DNA of 64,000 bases from an uncultured Gemmatimonadales bacterium (GTDB taxonomy: Bacteria; Gemmatimonadota; Gemmatimonadetes; Longimicrobiales; RSA9): the NCBI GenBank assembly GCA_963741945.1, contig CAVUKA010000003.1:224001-288000 (forward strand), given 5' to 3'. The translations under genes and the position numbers were made by a program. The notes beneath the pieces are model-generated. The model saw nothing but the letters and a program-made list of their open reading frames with translations, ran no database searches and was not told where the DNA came from. Below are positions 50,079 through 60,041 of the stretch, one piece after another (position 1 is the first letter of the stretch; each line of letters begins with the position of its first letter).

Positions 50079-50438
50079 TCAGAGCCGCCAGGCGTCCTCC
50101 ACGTGGCGCACCGACGTGCCTGCGGCTCCACGGGTCACGGAAATGGCATCGAACCGGAAGGCGCGGTAGGGAGCGCCGCGGGCCGCGACCCACGCCCTGG
50201 CTGCCGTCGCGAGGTCCCGCCGCTTCGCCGCGCCGATGGCTTCCAGCGGGTGCGCGAGCCGGGCCGCGCCCCGGGCTTTCACTTCGATGAACGCCACGAG
50301 CCCGTCGCGCTCCGCCACGAGGTCGATCTCCTTGTGGTGGAAGCGCCAGTTCCGATCGAGAATCCGCCAGCCCCCGCGTTCCAGGTAGGCCACCGCGAGC
50401 CGCTCCGCATGCTCACCGAACCGCTGACGCGCATCCAT
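50079..50438 (-). CDS. yraN: YraN family protein
   Basis: GEHAE, RNWR..KEIDLVA, FIEVK, RFDAI. Confidence 0.93.
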   Translation of the reverse strand: MDARQRFGEHAERLAVAYLERGGWRILDRNWRFHHKEIDLVAERDGLVAFIEVKARGAARLAHPLEAIGAAKRRDLATAARAWVAARGAPYRAFRFDAISVTRGAAGTSVRHVEDAWRL

Positions 50439-50514
50439 CGGCCGCACCTCCCCCGCGAAGCTGCCGACTGCGGGTGGGCGGGGGAATGGCGCGATGCGAC
50501 GGCGCCGGGGAGAG

Positions 50515-51555
50515 CTACACAGGCAAGCCGATCCCGGGGGCCACGCGGCGCCCGATCGCTTCCGCGATGATCCGGGCCTGCTCCATGAGCTCCTCGAACT
50601 GCGCCGGGAAGAGCGACTGCGCCCCGTCCGAGAGCGCGTGGTCCGGATCGGGGTGCACCTCCACCATGAGGCCATCCGCGCCGGCAGCCACAGCGGCACG
50701 CGCCATCGGTACGACCTTGGCCCGGAGCCCCGTGCCGTGGCTGGGATCGGCGATGATCGGGAGATGGGAGAGAGACTTGACCACCGGGATCGCGGTGAGA
50801 TCGAGCAGGTTGCGCGTGTGGGGGTCGAAACTGCGCACGCCGCGCTCGCACAGGATCACGTCCGGGTTCCCCTCGCTGACCACGTATTCGGCCGCGAGCA
50901 GAAGTTCCTTGATGGTAGCGGCGAGGCCGCGCTTGAGGAGCACGGGCTTCCCCACCCGACCGGCCCGTCGGAGGAGGGGGTAGTTCTGCATGTTGCGCGC
51001 GCCGATCTGGACAATGTCGGCGTGCTCGGCCACGAGGTCCACCATGTCCGGCTCGAGCGCCTCCGTGACCACGGCGAGACCCGTCTCCGACCGGGCACGC
51101 GCGAGGAGCTTCAGTGCGGGCTCCCCCAGACCCTGGAATGCGTACGGCGAGGTCCTCGGCTTGAACGCGCCTCCGCGGAGCACGGTGGCCCCGGCCGCGC
51201 GCACCTGCTCCGCGGCAGTGAGGATCTGCGCCTCGGACTCAACCGAGCACGGCCCGGCCATGACGACCACGTCACCAGCACCGATGCGGGTCCCGTTCGG
51301 CAGCGTGATCACCGTCGCCTCATCGCGCCACTCGCGGGAAACCTGTTTGTACGGCTGCGTGACCTGGATCACCTGCTGGACGCCCGGGAGCGCCTCCAGG
51401 CGATCACTGTTCACGCGGCCATCGTTGCCCACCAGTCCCACGGCCGTCCGCTGCTTGCCGGGGATCGCGCGGGCCTCGTATCCCATTTCCTGGATCGTAT
51501 CAATCACGCGGCGGACGTCGGCGTCCGGCGCGCCGTGGTTCATCACGACGAGCAT
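50515..51555 (-). CDS. aroF: DAHP synthase type I-beta with N-terminal regulatory domain
   Basis: [35 protein letters not shown]. Confidence 0.95.
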   Translation of the reverse strand: MLVVMNHGAPDADVRRVIDTIQEMGYEARAIPGKQRTAVGLVGNDGRVNSDRLEALPGVQQVIQVTQPYKQVSREWRDEATVITLPNGTRIGAGDVVVMAGPCSVESEAQILTAAEQVRAAGATVLRGGAFKPRTSPYAFQGLGEPALKLLARARSETGLAVVTEALEPDMVDLVAEHADIVQIGARNMQNYPLLRRAGRVGKPVLLKRGLAATIKELLLAAEYVVSEGNPDVILCERGVRSFDPHTRNLLDLTAIPVVKSLSHLPIIADPSHGTGLRAKVVPMARAAVAAGADGLMVEVHPDPDHALSDGAQSLFPAQFEELMEQARIIAEAIGRRVAPGIGLPV

Positions 51556-51601
51556 GGTTCCCTTTTCCTTGCGGATGGATGCGGTGGTAGCCGCGATCCG
51601 G

Positions 51602-51630
51602 AAGCTACGAAGGGGAGTCGGAGTCGTCCA
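51602..51630 (-). promoter_or_regulatory. sigma70 promoter of aroF
   Basis: TGGACG-N17-TAGCTT. Confidence 0.55.
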
Positions 51631-51666
51631 CCGGACCCGCCCGGACATCCCGAGCCGCGGCGGCGA

Positions 51667-52458
51667 TCAGCGCGAGAGGTCGAAGGCGAGCCCGTCCTCG
51701 GCGCGGACCATCGCGCCCTCCCAGCCGGCGCTCCGGACCAGCCCCACGACATCGAGGGCGTCGAGCCACGGGTACACGTGCGTAACGACGAGCCTGGCCG
51801 GGCGAGCGATCGCGGCCATGGCGGCAAGGCTGGTGGGCGTCAGGTGGATCTCGAGCGGCTGGTCGTCCGGGAGCGAGCACTCGGCGATGAGGATCTCCGC
51901 GCCGGAGAGGAAGCGGGCCACATCGTCGGACGGCCCGGTGTCGCCGGTATAGGCGACGACGGGCCGGCCCCCGCCTTCATCGCCGCCAGCTTCGCGTTCC
52001 TGTAAGCGGAACGCCAGGGACTCGGGCGTGTGAGGCGTGCTGGCCGCGGCGAGGCTGAAGTGACCGACCTCCGCGCGGTCGCCGGGGCCGATCTCGCGAA
52101 CGAGGACGGGGAACCCCGGGTCGGCCAGGTGATCGCCGAATGCGGCCTGCATCGCCCTCAGGCGCTCCTGGATGCCGTGGGGGGCCCACACCGAGAGCGG
52201 CGAGGTCCGCCGCTCTCGGACGCCCCACTTGAGGGCGAAGAAGAGGGCGGGCAGGTCGCCGATGTGGTCGTTGTGGAAATGGGAGAGGACCACATGGTCG
52301 ATCCGGTGCCAGGGGAGTCCAAACCGCGCCATGCGGCCGAGGGTGCCCGGGCCGCAATCGAGGAGGAGCGCGGTGTCGCCGCTCTGGAGGAGGTACGCCG
52401 AGCACGCCCGTTCCGGCTCGGGTGCCGCGGTCCCGGTCCCAACGAGGGTGAGGCGCAC
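51667..52458 (-). CDS. MBL-fold hydrolase, RNase Z-like
   Basis: GTGT, DCGPG, SHFHNDH, YTGDT, THVYP. Confidence 0.88.
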   Translation of the reverse strand: MRLTLVGTGTAAPEPERACSAYLLQSGDTALLLDCGPGTLGRMARFGLPWHRIDHVVLSHFHNDHIGDLPALFFALKWGVRERRTSPLSVWAPHGIQERLRAMQAAFGDHLADPGFPVLVREIGPGDRAEVGHFSLAAASTPHTPESLAFRLQEREAGGDEGGGRPVVAYTGDTGPSDDVARFLSGAEILIAECSLPDDQPLEIHLTPTSLAAMAAIARPARLVVTHVYPWLDALDVVGLVRSAGWEGAMVRAEDGLAFDLSR

Positions 52459-52464
52459 GAGGAA

Positions 52465-55400
52465 CTACGCGGCCCCTGCGGCAGCGCGCGTGACGAGCTT
52501 CCCGAGCTCGACACCGACGATGGAGCTGACGCCGGGCTCCTCCATGGTCACGCCGTAGATCCAATCGGCGGCTTCCATGGTGCGGGGGTTGTGGGTGACC
52601 ACGATGAACTGCGTCTCGCTCTTGAAGCGGTCGAGCATGGTCAGGAAGCGACCGATGTTGGCTTCATCGAGCGGTGCATCGACCTCGTCGAGCACGCAGA
52701 ACGGGCTGGGCTTGACCAGGTAGATGGCGAACAGGAGGGCCAGGGAAGTCAGGGCTCGCTCGCCTCCGGAGAGGAGGTGGATGCGCTGCGTCCGCTTGCC
52801 CCGGGGTGACGCGGAGATTTCCAGGGGCGACTCGAGCGGGTCATCGGGATCCTCGAGCCAGAGGTCGCACTGTCCACCCTCGAACAGGGTCTGGAACGTG
52901 GTGCGGAAGTTCTCCCGGATCTGCTCGAACGTGTCCTTGAAGAGCTGACGGGCCGTCCGGTTGATCTCACGGATGGCCTTCTGGAGGTCATCCCGGGCCC
53001 GGACCAGGTCCGCGCGCTGTTCGCTCAGGAAATCGAGGCGCTGCTTCTCTTCCGCGTGCTCCTCGACGGCGAGCATGTTGATGGGGCCGAGGCGCTCGAT
53101 GTCGGTGATCAGCTGCTGCAGCTCCGCCGAGAGCAGTTCCAGCTCTCCCTCCACGGGCTCGACCATCTCCGCCAGCTGATCGAACGGCCGGTCCCACTCC
53201 ACCTCGACACGGTCCCGGACCCGCTGCTCCGCGGCGCCGGCCTCGGTGAGCCGGAGCTCGAGCCGGTGGCGCTCCTCGCCACTGGTTTCCGCCACCTGCC
53301 GGAGCTTGCGCGCCCGGTGCTCCAGGGATTCGGCGGCTTCACCCGCCTCGCGCAGCCGCTCGTCGAACCCGCGCAGCCGCTCGTGGGCCTCGTCGCGGCG
53401 AGCGAACAGCGACTCCAGCTCCGACGCGCCGCTGGTGTGCAGCTCCTCCAGCTCCTCGAGCGCGGCATGGTGCTCCGCCTCCTCCGTATCGAGGGCCAGC
53501 AGGCGGGCATCCGCGTGCTCGAGCGATCCTTCCGCGCTCGTTCGGCGTCGATCCAGCTCCGCCACCGCGGCCTCCTCGCGGGCATGGGCGATGCGGAGCT
53601 CCGCGACATCGTCACGGACCTCCTCCCACGCACCCTGCCGTTCCGCCAGCTCCGCGTCCGCCATCTCCCTGCGCTGGAGCAGCCGGTTCTGCTCGGCTTC
53701 CACACTGGCGGCTTCGGCCATGGCCGCGGCCGACTCGGCCCTCGCCTGCTCCGCGGCGGCGCGCAGCCCTATCCGCTGCCGCTCCAGCTCGTCGCGGCTC
53801 CGCTCGGCGCGCGCGCGCTGTCCGGCGCGGGCGGCCTCATCGGCGTCGAGGCGACGGAGCTCCAGCTCGAGGCCGCGGGCGTTCTCCTCCAGTTCCCGCG
53901 CTTCCGCCTCGGCTTCTTCCACCTTCCTGGCGAGCGTGGCGCGGGAGGCCGCGCGCGCTTCCCGGTCGCGCGTAGCCGCTTCGGCCCGGGTGCGCAGCGC
54001 TGCCAGCCGCTCGCGGCGGCCGAGGAGCACCGGCTCGGACGCCGGCTCGCCAGCGAACTCGAAGGCGGCGACCAGGTCGCGCAGACGATCGAGATCGGCT
54101 TCTCGCAGCAGGGCGAGCACGCCGGAATCGGGGCCATGCTCATCGACCCACGCGCGCAGCCGCCGGATGGCAGCATCGTCGGTGACCACGAGCGCCTGCA
54201 GCAGCGCGCCCACGGTGTTCTCCACCGCAGCCGCCCGGTCATCCGGAAGACTGAGCAGCTCGGCGACCGGCCCCACGAGCCCCTCCAGCTCGTCGCGGCG
54301 GGCGAGCGCTGCGGCCACGGCCGGCCCGAACCCGTGGTAGTCGCGCTCCAGGGCGTCCAGGGCGGCGACCCTGGCCGAGAGCAGGTTCTCGGCATCCTCC
54401 GCCTCCGACAGCGCACGACGCGCTTCCAATTCCTCCTGCCGGAGCGCGGCCAGGCGACTGCGGCACGCCTGGAGCTCTTCCCGGACCTGCTCCTCGGCGG
54501 CCGACAGCTCCCGGGCACGGGTCGCGAACAGGTCGCCCTGCTCCTGCAGCCGGGCGAGCTCGGAAACGAGATCCTCGTGCTCGAAGCCGAGCCGCTCAGC
54601 ACGCTCGCCGGCGTCGGCAGCGCGGGCACGGCCGGCCTCTGCGGCCGCCCTCAGCTGGGCCACCCGGTCCGCGAGCTCCTGCTGACGGACGCGCGTCTCG
54701 TGCTCCGCCTCGCGTGCGATGGCGAGCTGATCCCTGAGCACCCGCTGGCGCTCCTGCGCCTCGGTGACCCGGCCGCCCAGCTCTTCCAGCGAGCGCTGCC
54801 TCGCCTCCAGCTCGCCGCCAAGCGTGACGATCTCCTCACCGAGCGCCGCCGCCCTGGACCGGGTCTCCGAACGCTCGGTGGTGATCTGCTGCAGGCGACG
54901 CTGGGAATGGGCGCGCCGCTCCTCGGCGACCGCGAGCACCCGCTCCCGCTCGGAGATGGCCCGGTTCACTTCCTCCAGGGCGGAAGCATGCGTGCCCCGC
55001 TGTCGCGACACTTCGGCACTCTCCAGCCGGCGCCGCTCCAGCTCGGCCTCCGCGGTGCCAAGCTCCGCACGGGCGCCCGGCTCGAGGCGATTGAGCTCCT
55101 GCAACCGCTGGTCGGCCTCCGACATGGACGCCTGGAGGCGCTGGAGCTGCAGGAGGGCCACGGTCACCTCGAGAGCGAGACGGCGGTCCCGCATCTCGCC
55201 GAAGCGCTCGGCGCGGCGACGCTGGCGAGAAAGACTGCGGACCTTGGCCTCCACTTCGGAGATCAGGTCCTCCAGGCGCGACAGGTCGGATTCGGACGCC
55301 TCGAGCCGGCGCAGTGCCACCTTGCGACGGTCCTTGTAGCGGCCGATCCCCGCGGCCTCTTCGAAGACCTGGCGGCGCTCGTCCGCATTGTCGCTCAGGA

Positions 55401-55845
55401 GCGAGTCCACCATTCCCTGCTCGATGATGGCGTAGGCATTGGCGCCGAGACCCGTATCGCGGCAGACATCGAGGATGTCCTTGAGGCGCGAGCTGCGTCG
55501 GTTCAGCTCGTAGTCGCTCCCACCCTCCCTGTGCACCGTCCGCCGGATCTCCACCTCGTCGTAGGGGAGCGCGAGCCGGTGGTCGGCATTGTCGACGACG
55601 AGCGCCACTTCCGCGCGGCTGACCGCCCGCCGCTCCGAGGTGCCCTGGAAGATGGCCTCGTCCATCCGTGACCCGCGGATCGCCGAAGGCCGCTGCTCTC
55701 CCAGCACCCAGCGGATGGCGTCGCTGATGTTGGACTTGCCGCAGCCGTTCGGCCCCACGATGGCGGTGACGCCCTCGTGGAATTCGATCTCCGTGGCGTC
55801 CGCGAACGACTTGAAGCCGTGCAGCCGGAGCTTTCGAACCCTCAT
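52465..55845 (-). CDS. smc: chromosome segregation protein SMC with a short hinge
   Basis: GFKSFA, GPNGCGKSN, FEEAAGI, LSGGE, LDEVDAPLD; long coiled coils. Confidence 0.96.
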   Translation of the reverse strand: MRVRKLRLHGFKSFADATEIEFHEGVTAIVGPNGCGKSNISDAIRWVLGEQRPSAIRGSRMDEAIFQGTSERRAVSRAEVALVVDNADHRLALPYDEVEIRRTVHREGGSDYELNRRSSRLKDILDVCRDTGLGANAYAIIEQGMVDSLLSDNADERRQVFEEAAGIGRYKDRRKVALRRLEASESDLSRLEDLISEVEAKVRSLSRQRRRAERFGEMRDRRLALEVTVALLQLQRLQASMSEADQRLQELNRLEPGARAELGTAEAELERRRLESAEVSRQRGTHASALEEVNRAISERERVLAVAEERRAHSQRRLQQITTERSETRSRAAALGEEIVTLGGELEARQRSLEELGGRVTEAQERQRVLRDQLAIAREAEHETRVRQQELADRVAQLRAAAEAGRARAADAGERAERLGFEHEDLVSELARLQEQGDLFATRARELSAAEEQVREELQACRSRLAALRQEELEARRALSEAEDAENLLSARVAALDALERDYHGFGPAVAAALARRDELEGLVGPVAELLSLPDDRAAAVENTVGALLQALVVTDDAAIRRLRAWVDEHGPDSGVLALLREADLDRLRDLVAAFEFAGEPASEPVLLGRRERLAALRTRAEAATRDREARAASRATLARKVEEAEAEARELEENARGLELELRRLDADEAARAGQRARAERSRDELERQRIGLRAAAEQARAESAAAMAEAASVEAEQNRLLQRREMADAELAERQGAWEEVRDDVAELRIAHAREEAAVAELDRRRTSAEGSLEHADARLLALDTEEAEHHAALEELEELHTSGASELESLFARRDEAHERLRGFDERLREAGEAAESLEHRARKLRQVAETSGEERHRLELRLTEAGAAEQRVRDRVEVEWDRPFDQLAEMVEPVEGELELLSAELQQLITDIERLGPINMLAVEEHAEEKQRLDFLSEQRADLVRARDDLQKAIREINRTARQLFKDTFEQIRENFRTTFQTLFEGGQCDLWLEDPDDPLESPLEISASPRGKRTQRIHLLSGGERALTSLALLFAIYLVKPSPFCVLDEVDAPLDEANIGRFLTMLDRFKSETQFIVVTHNPRTMEAADWIYGVTMEEPGVSSIVGVELGKLVTRAAAGAA

Positions 55846-57233
55846 GCGCCCCCCGCCGGCTCGCCCGTCCGCTCCACCAGTCGGGCATCGACGCCGGCAT
55901 TCTCCAGCATCTGCTTCATCACGTCAGCTTCCGCGCGCGTGGTGTAGGCTCCGCCATAGACGCGGTATCGGTCCGGTCCAGGCTCGTAGCGCACGGGCAC
56001 GACGTACACGGGGATCCCGAGGGCACCGAGGGAGTCCACGCGGGCCGCGGCGTCATCCCTGGTGGCGTATTCGCCGACCAGGAAGGCGAGATGCGTGGGC
56101 AGCACCGCCCAGCTGTCCGGCGCTGTCTTGTGTCCGTGGTCCACGAGCCGCTGCATGAGCGCGCGGCCCGCCTCGTCGGTGCCCACCGGCCCGGCGAGCA
56201 GACGGTAGTACAGGTCGCCTCCCACGGCGAGGGGAGCCAGGAGGAAGGTCACCCCCGGCTCCGCGCGCTCGAGCTGCGTCACACGCTCCTGCGCCGTGGC
56301 CAGGTCCTGATGGGCTTCCACGGCCACAGAAACCGGGAGTGGCGTTTCCACCGGCTCCGGCCGCGACCGCGACACCGGTTGAACCGGCTGCTGCGAGACC
56401 GGCGGCTCGGATTCCGGCGACGGGGCCGGCTCGGCCACATACTCGCGGTAGAGAAACCAGCCGGCGAGCGCCACGATGATGAGCAGCAAAACCACCAGGA
56501 ACGGCGAGACCCTGCGCCTTCGCTCTTCTTCGACCTGCAGCAGCGGTGGCTCGGACAGCTCCCGCTCCGCTGTCGCGGCCGCCGCGTCCGCGGGCGCATC
56601 CCCGGCCACCGCGGCCGGGATGGCATTCCCATCGAAGTCCTCCCGGCGTTCCGGCTCGACAATTCCCACGATCCGGCACGCAGGGTCGAGGCGGCCGATG
56701 ACGCGCTCGGCGACCCGGGCGTCCCCCACAACCAGCGCGCGCCCGATGCGCCGGGAGAGGGGCGGCAGGCCCGGCGTGCCTACGGGAACGTACAGCAACA
56801 GGGTGGCATGCTCGTGCCGGAGCTCTCCGGCGATGCCGTCCCAGCGCTCGCTGGCCAGCACCGCGGCCGGATCGGGGACGAACGCGCCCGTCGGCACGAA
56901 ATCGAAGTGGTACGTGTCCGGCCGGACGCGCACGTGGCCGAGCGAGGCACCGAAGAGGAAGACGTCCGCGAGGCCCTCCAGGTTCCCGGTTCCGAGGGTC
57001 TCGTGCAGCCCCGGATCCGCGACGCCGCCGTCGGCGAGGATGGTGACCGCACCGGCGCGTGCCCGCGCCTCCGCCAGGCCGATGCCAATGCGGGCGTAGA
57101 GGTCGCCCGTGTTCGGGACCACGATGAGCAGGATCTGCGTTTCGGGATCGATCAGCCCAGGCCCCAGTGTCGGCGGGATCGCAACCGATCCGGGGTCGAA
57201 TGGGACGGCCTCGGGTCTGGCTTCGGGGCTCAT
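55842..57233 (-). CDS. bitopic protein: degenerate MinD/BY-kinase-like domain, TM helix, Pro-rich linker, two SPOR-like domains
   Basis: ILADG..DPGLH..LG..NLEGLADV; TM FLVVLLLIIVALAGWFLY; YYRLLAGP and YRVYGGAY SPOR motifs. Confidence 0.8.
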   Translation of the reverse strand: MSPEARPEAVPFDPGSVAIPPTLGPGLIDPETQILLIVVPNTGDLYARIGIGLAEARARAGAVTILADGGVADPGLHETLGTGNLEGLADVFLFGASLGHVRVRPDTYHFDFVPTGAFVPDPAAVLASERWDGIAGELRHEHATLLLYVPVGTPGLPPLSRRIGRALVVGDARVAERVIGRLDPACRIVGIVEPERREDFDGNAIPAAVAGDAPADAAAATAERELSEPPLLQVEEERRRRVSPFLVVLLLIIVALAGWFLYREYVAEPAPSPESEPPVSQQPVQPVSRSRPEPVETPLPVSVAVEAHQDLATAQERVTQLERAEPGVTFLLAPLAVGGDLYYRLLAGPVGTDEAGRALMQRLVDHGHKTAPDSWAVLPTHLAFLVGEYATRDDAAARVDSLGALGIPVYVVPVRYEPGPDRYRVYGGAYTTRAEADVMKQMLENAGVDARLVERTGEPAGGA

Positions 57234-57416
57234 TCGGACAACGGGTTGAGAGTCCTCTGCTCTGGCCGTGTTCCCCCTCCTTCAGGGCCGGGTGCCGGTC
57301 AGGTCGAAAAGTCGCCTAATGATAATCCGAGCGCCGTCGCGGCAAAAGGCGCGCGCCAGGCTGCAGGACGAGGCTCCGGCACGCGCCCGCTGCCAGGCGC
57401 ATCCGGGACTCCGGCG

Positions 57417-57818
57417 TCAGGAGTCCACGGTGAGAAGCGGAGCATCTCCCCAGAGACGCTCGAGCTGGTAGAAATCCCGCGCGGCCGGGTGGAAGACGTG
57501 CACCACGAAATCGATGTAGTCGACGAGGACCCAGCGACCGCCGCGCAGCCCCTCCACGTGATCGGGACGCACACCCTCCTTCTTGAGCTCCTCGATGATG
57601 TGCTCGGCGATGCCCCGAACGTGGATGTCCGATGTGCCCGTGGCAATGACGAAGAAGTCGGTGGCGCCGCTGATGCCCCGCAGATCGAGGACGGACAGAT
57701 TACGGGCCTTGCGATCCCGCGCCAGGTCCACCACACGCGACAACTCGTGCGTGAGATCCGACTGCGCCAGGGTCCGCTGCGGTTCGGCCGTGGTGTCGTG
57801 CCTACGTTCGGTCGCCAT
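57417..57818 (-). CDS. rsfS: ribosome silencing factor
   Basis: DFFVIATG, WVLVDY, RDFYQLERLW. Confidence 0.96.
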   Translation of the reverse strand: MATERRHDTTAEPQRTLAQSDLTHELSRVVDLARDRKARNLSVLDLRGISGATDFFVIATGTSDIHVRGIAEHIIEELKKEGVRPDHVEGLRGGRWVLVDYIDFVVHVFHPAARDFYQLERLWGDAPLLTVDS

Positions 57819-57937
57819 TCAAATCACAGGATAACAAGACGACGCGAGGGATGGCACGTCCGCCTCCCTCGCGCCCGATCGTACGTCCGCCCCGCGCCAG
57901 GCACGGGATCGGGCGCCCCTGCCCCGGCGGGCCAGGG

Positions 57938-58399
57938 CTACTCCTCCTTGATGACCCAGACCTTCACCTCGGGCCGTACGTCCGCGTGCAGGCGAACCGG
58001 GACGTTGTGGACCCCGAGCGACTTGAGCGGCTCGTCCAGGTCCACATCCCGCTTGTCCACCTCGAAGTCCAGGCCCTGCTCGTTCAGGCGATCGGCGATA
58101 TCCGCGCTGGTGATGGAGCCGAACAGCTTCGACTCCTCGCCGGCCCGGGCATGGAACGTGAGCTGCACCTCCTCCAGCTGCGACGCCCGCCGACGCGCCT
58201 CCAGGTACGCCCGCCTCGCCTGCTGCTCCGCCCGCCCGCGCTCCTGCTCCAGTTGACGGATGCTGGCGTCCGTCGCTTCGTACGCCAGATCCTGCGGCAA
58301 CAGGTAGTTGCGAGCGTATCCGGGCTTCACCGTCACGATCTCGCCCGCTTCGCCGAGCTTCTCGACGTCCTCTCTCAGAATCACCTTCACGGTCTTCAT
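57938..58399 (-). CDS. rplI: 50S ribosomal protein L9
   Basis: VKPGYARNYLLP, KLFGSIT. Confidence 0.97.
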   Translation of the reverse strand: MKTVKVILREDVEKLGEAGEIVTVKPGYARNYLLPQDLAYEATDASIRQLEQERGRAEQQARRAYLEARRRASQLEEVQLTFHARAGEESKLFGSITSADIADRLNEQGLDFEVDKRDVDLDEPLKSLGVHNVPVRLHADVRPEVKVWVIKEE

Positions 58400-58410
58400 C
58401 TTCGGCTCCT

Positions 58411-59328
58411 TCAACTTTCGTCGTTCAGCGCCCGCCGCCCGGACCGGAGGTCGAGCCACGTGTCGGTCACTCCCAGAAGCAGCGTGCCAGCTACCACGAT
58501 GGGGTACAGCACCACTCCGACGACCCCGAGTACGACGAGCACCGGCACCTGCGGGCCCACCAGCGCCAGGATCACCGCCACCAGCACGGCCAGACCACGG
58601 AGCGCGTAGAGCGCACCCATGAAGAACACCAGGTTCGAACCCAGGCGGGGGGCCCAGCCGGCCGCGCCCGCCATGGGCAGCACCAGGAGCCCCAGCCCCG
58701 CGATCAGGACCCAGACCAGCGCGTCGGGGAACCTGAACTCGGCGAGCCGGCCGAGCGGCTCACCCTGCCGGGCCATGGCCCGATACACGGTCCAGGACAC
58801 GCCCAGCGCCGCCACGGAGGCCACGCCCAGAAGCGCGGGGAAGAGCCGCGCTGGCAGCTCGGCCGCCTGCCGCACAACCGCATCGGACTCGGCCAGCGCC
58901 GGCCATGCCTGGCGCATCGCTTCGGCGACTTCGCGGTAGTGCAATGCAATCGTCCAGTCCAGCTCCGACCACCCGCCCAGCACGGCCACGATCACCGCCG
59001 CCGATCCAGCGGCCGCCGCCGTGGCCGCCAGCGCCCGGAGCGTGAATCCGCTGCCGGGTAACAGCACGATGGCAAGAATGAACCAGCCCCCCAGGAGCAG
59101 CGACCATCCCCGTCCCGCGTACCAGAGCGCGTCCTGTCCCGCTCCCAGGAACACGAGCGCGGCGAGCACTGCGGCCACTGCGATCATGGCCGGTCGCCGC
59201 GGCGGCAGCCCCAGCAGCAGCATGGCGATCGGCACCATGATCAACTGGATCGGGTGCACCACCGAGAAGGTCAGCACCACGATCGTCAACAGGAGAGCCG
59301 TCGTCCAGCGCGGCCTCCTTGCCGTCAC
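58411..59328 (-). CDS. DUF2232/YybS-like membrane protein
   Basis: Multi-TM; FRFPDALVW, GVTDTWLDLR; position between rpsR and rplI. Confidence 0.8.
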   Translation of the reverse strand: MTARRPRWTTALLLTIVVLTFSVVHPIQLIMVPIAMLLLGLPPRRPAMIAVAAVLAALVFLGAGQDALWYAGRGWSLLLGGWFILAIVLLPGSGFTLRALAATAAAAGSAAVIVAVLGGWSELDWTIALHYREVAEAMRQAWPALAESDAVVRQAAELPARLFPALLGVASVAALGVSWTVYRAMARQGEPLGRLAEFRFPDALVWVLIAGLGLLVLPMAGAAGWAPRLGSNLVFFMGALYALRGLAVLVAVILALVGPQVPVLVVLGVVGVVLYPIVVAGTLLLGVTDTWLDLRSGRRALNDES

Positions 59329-59329
59329 T

Positions 59330-59554
59330 TCAGCTCTCGTAGACGTGCGTGTACGGGACGAGCGCGAGATACCGCGCGCGCTTGATCGCCGTCCCGACCT
59401 GCCGCTGATGCCGAGCGCACATCCCGGTCATCCGCCGGGGCATGATCTTGCCCGCGTCCGTCATCAAGCGGGTAAGGGAGTGCTCGTCCTTGTAATTGAT
59501 CTGACGCACGCCCGCCTCACAGAGGGGGCAGGGCTTGTTTCGGCCGCCCGCCAT
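59330..59554 (-). CDS. rpsR: 30S ribosomal protein S18 (zinc-motif form)
   Basis: CPLC...CARHQR, AIKRARYLALVPY. Confidence 0.97.
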   Translation of the reverse strand: MAGGRNKPCPLCEAGVRQINYKDEHSLTRLMTDAGKIMPRRMTGMCARHQRQVGTAIKRARYLALVPYTHVYES

Positions 59555-59920
59555 TTAATCCTCCTCGTCTTCGTCTTCGTCATCGTCGTCGTCACGCGGC
59601 GAGCGCGTGGCGATGCTCATGGGCGCCGTGGGCTCCCCTTCGCTCAGGACGATGAGATAGCGCACAAGCTCTTCATCGAGCTTGAGTGTTCGCTCGAGCT
59701 CCGGCAGCGCCTCGGGGTCGGCCGTGAACTGCACCACCACGTAGTTGCCGGAGGTCTTCTTCTGGATGGGATAGGCGAACTGCCGCTTGCCCCAGTGGTC
59801 CACCGCCGTGATCTCGCCACCGCCATCCGTGATCCGGGCGTGGAATTTGTCCAGCTTTTCGCTGACCTGGTCCTCGGTCAGGACCGAGTCGAGGATGTAG
59901 ACGATCTCGTATTCGCGCAC
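59555..59920 (-). CDS. rpsF: 30S ribosomal protein S6
   Basis: REYEIVYIL, WGKRQFAYPI; GTG start. Confidence 0.96.
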   Translation of the reverse strand: MREYEIVYILDSVLTEDQVSEKLDKFHARITDGGGEITAVDHWGKRQFAYPIQKKTSGNYVVVQFTADPEALPELERTLKLDEELVRYLIVLSEGEPTAPMSIATRSPRDDDDDEDEDEED

Positions 59921-59975
59921 GTCTCTCTCCCGTGGTCGTTCGGCCTCGCCTCTCTGCGGGCGAAGCGGGATCAAA
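59921..59975 (-). ncRNA. S6:S18 leader cis-regulatory RNA
   Basis: TCCCG pairs with CGGGA over the SD; CTTCGCC/GGCGAGG hairpin followed by an unpaired CCG. Confidence 0.7.
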
Positions 59976-59984
59976 GAGCCGTAT

Positions 59985-60013
59985 ATTATAGGCCTTTCTC
60001 GTCCGTCCGTCCA
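59985..60013 (-). promoter_or_regulatory. sigma70 promoter of the rpsF operon
   Basis: TGGACG-N17-TATAAT. Confidence 0.75.
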
Positions 60014-60041
60014 CCCCCCACGGCTATGGCGCCCGGGCAGT

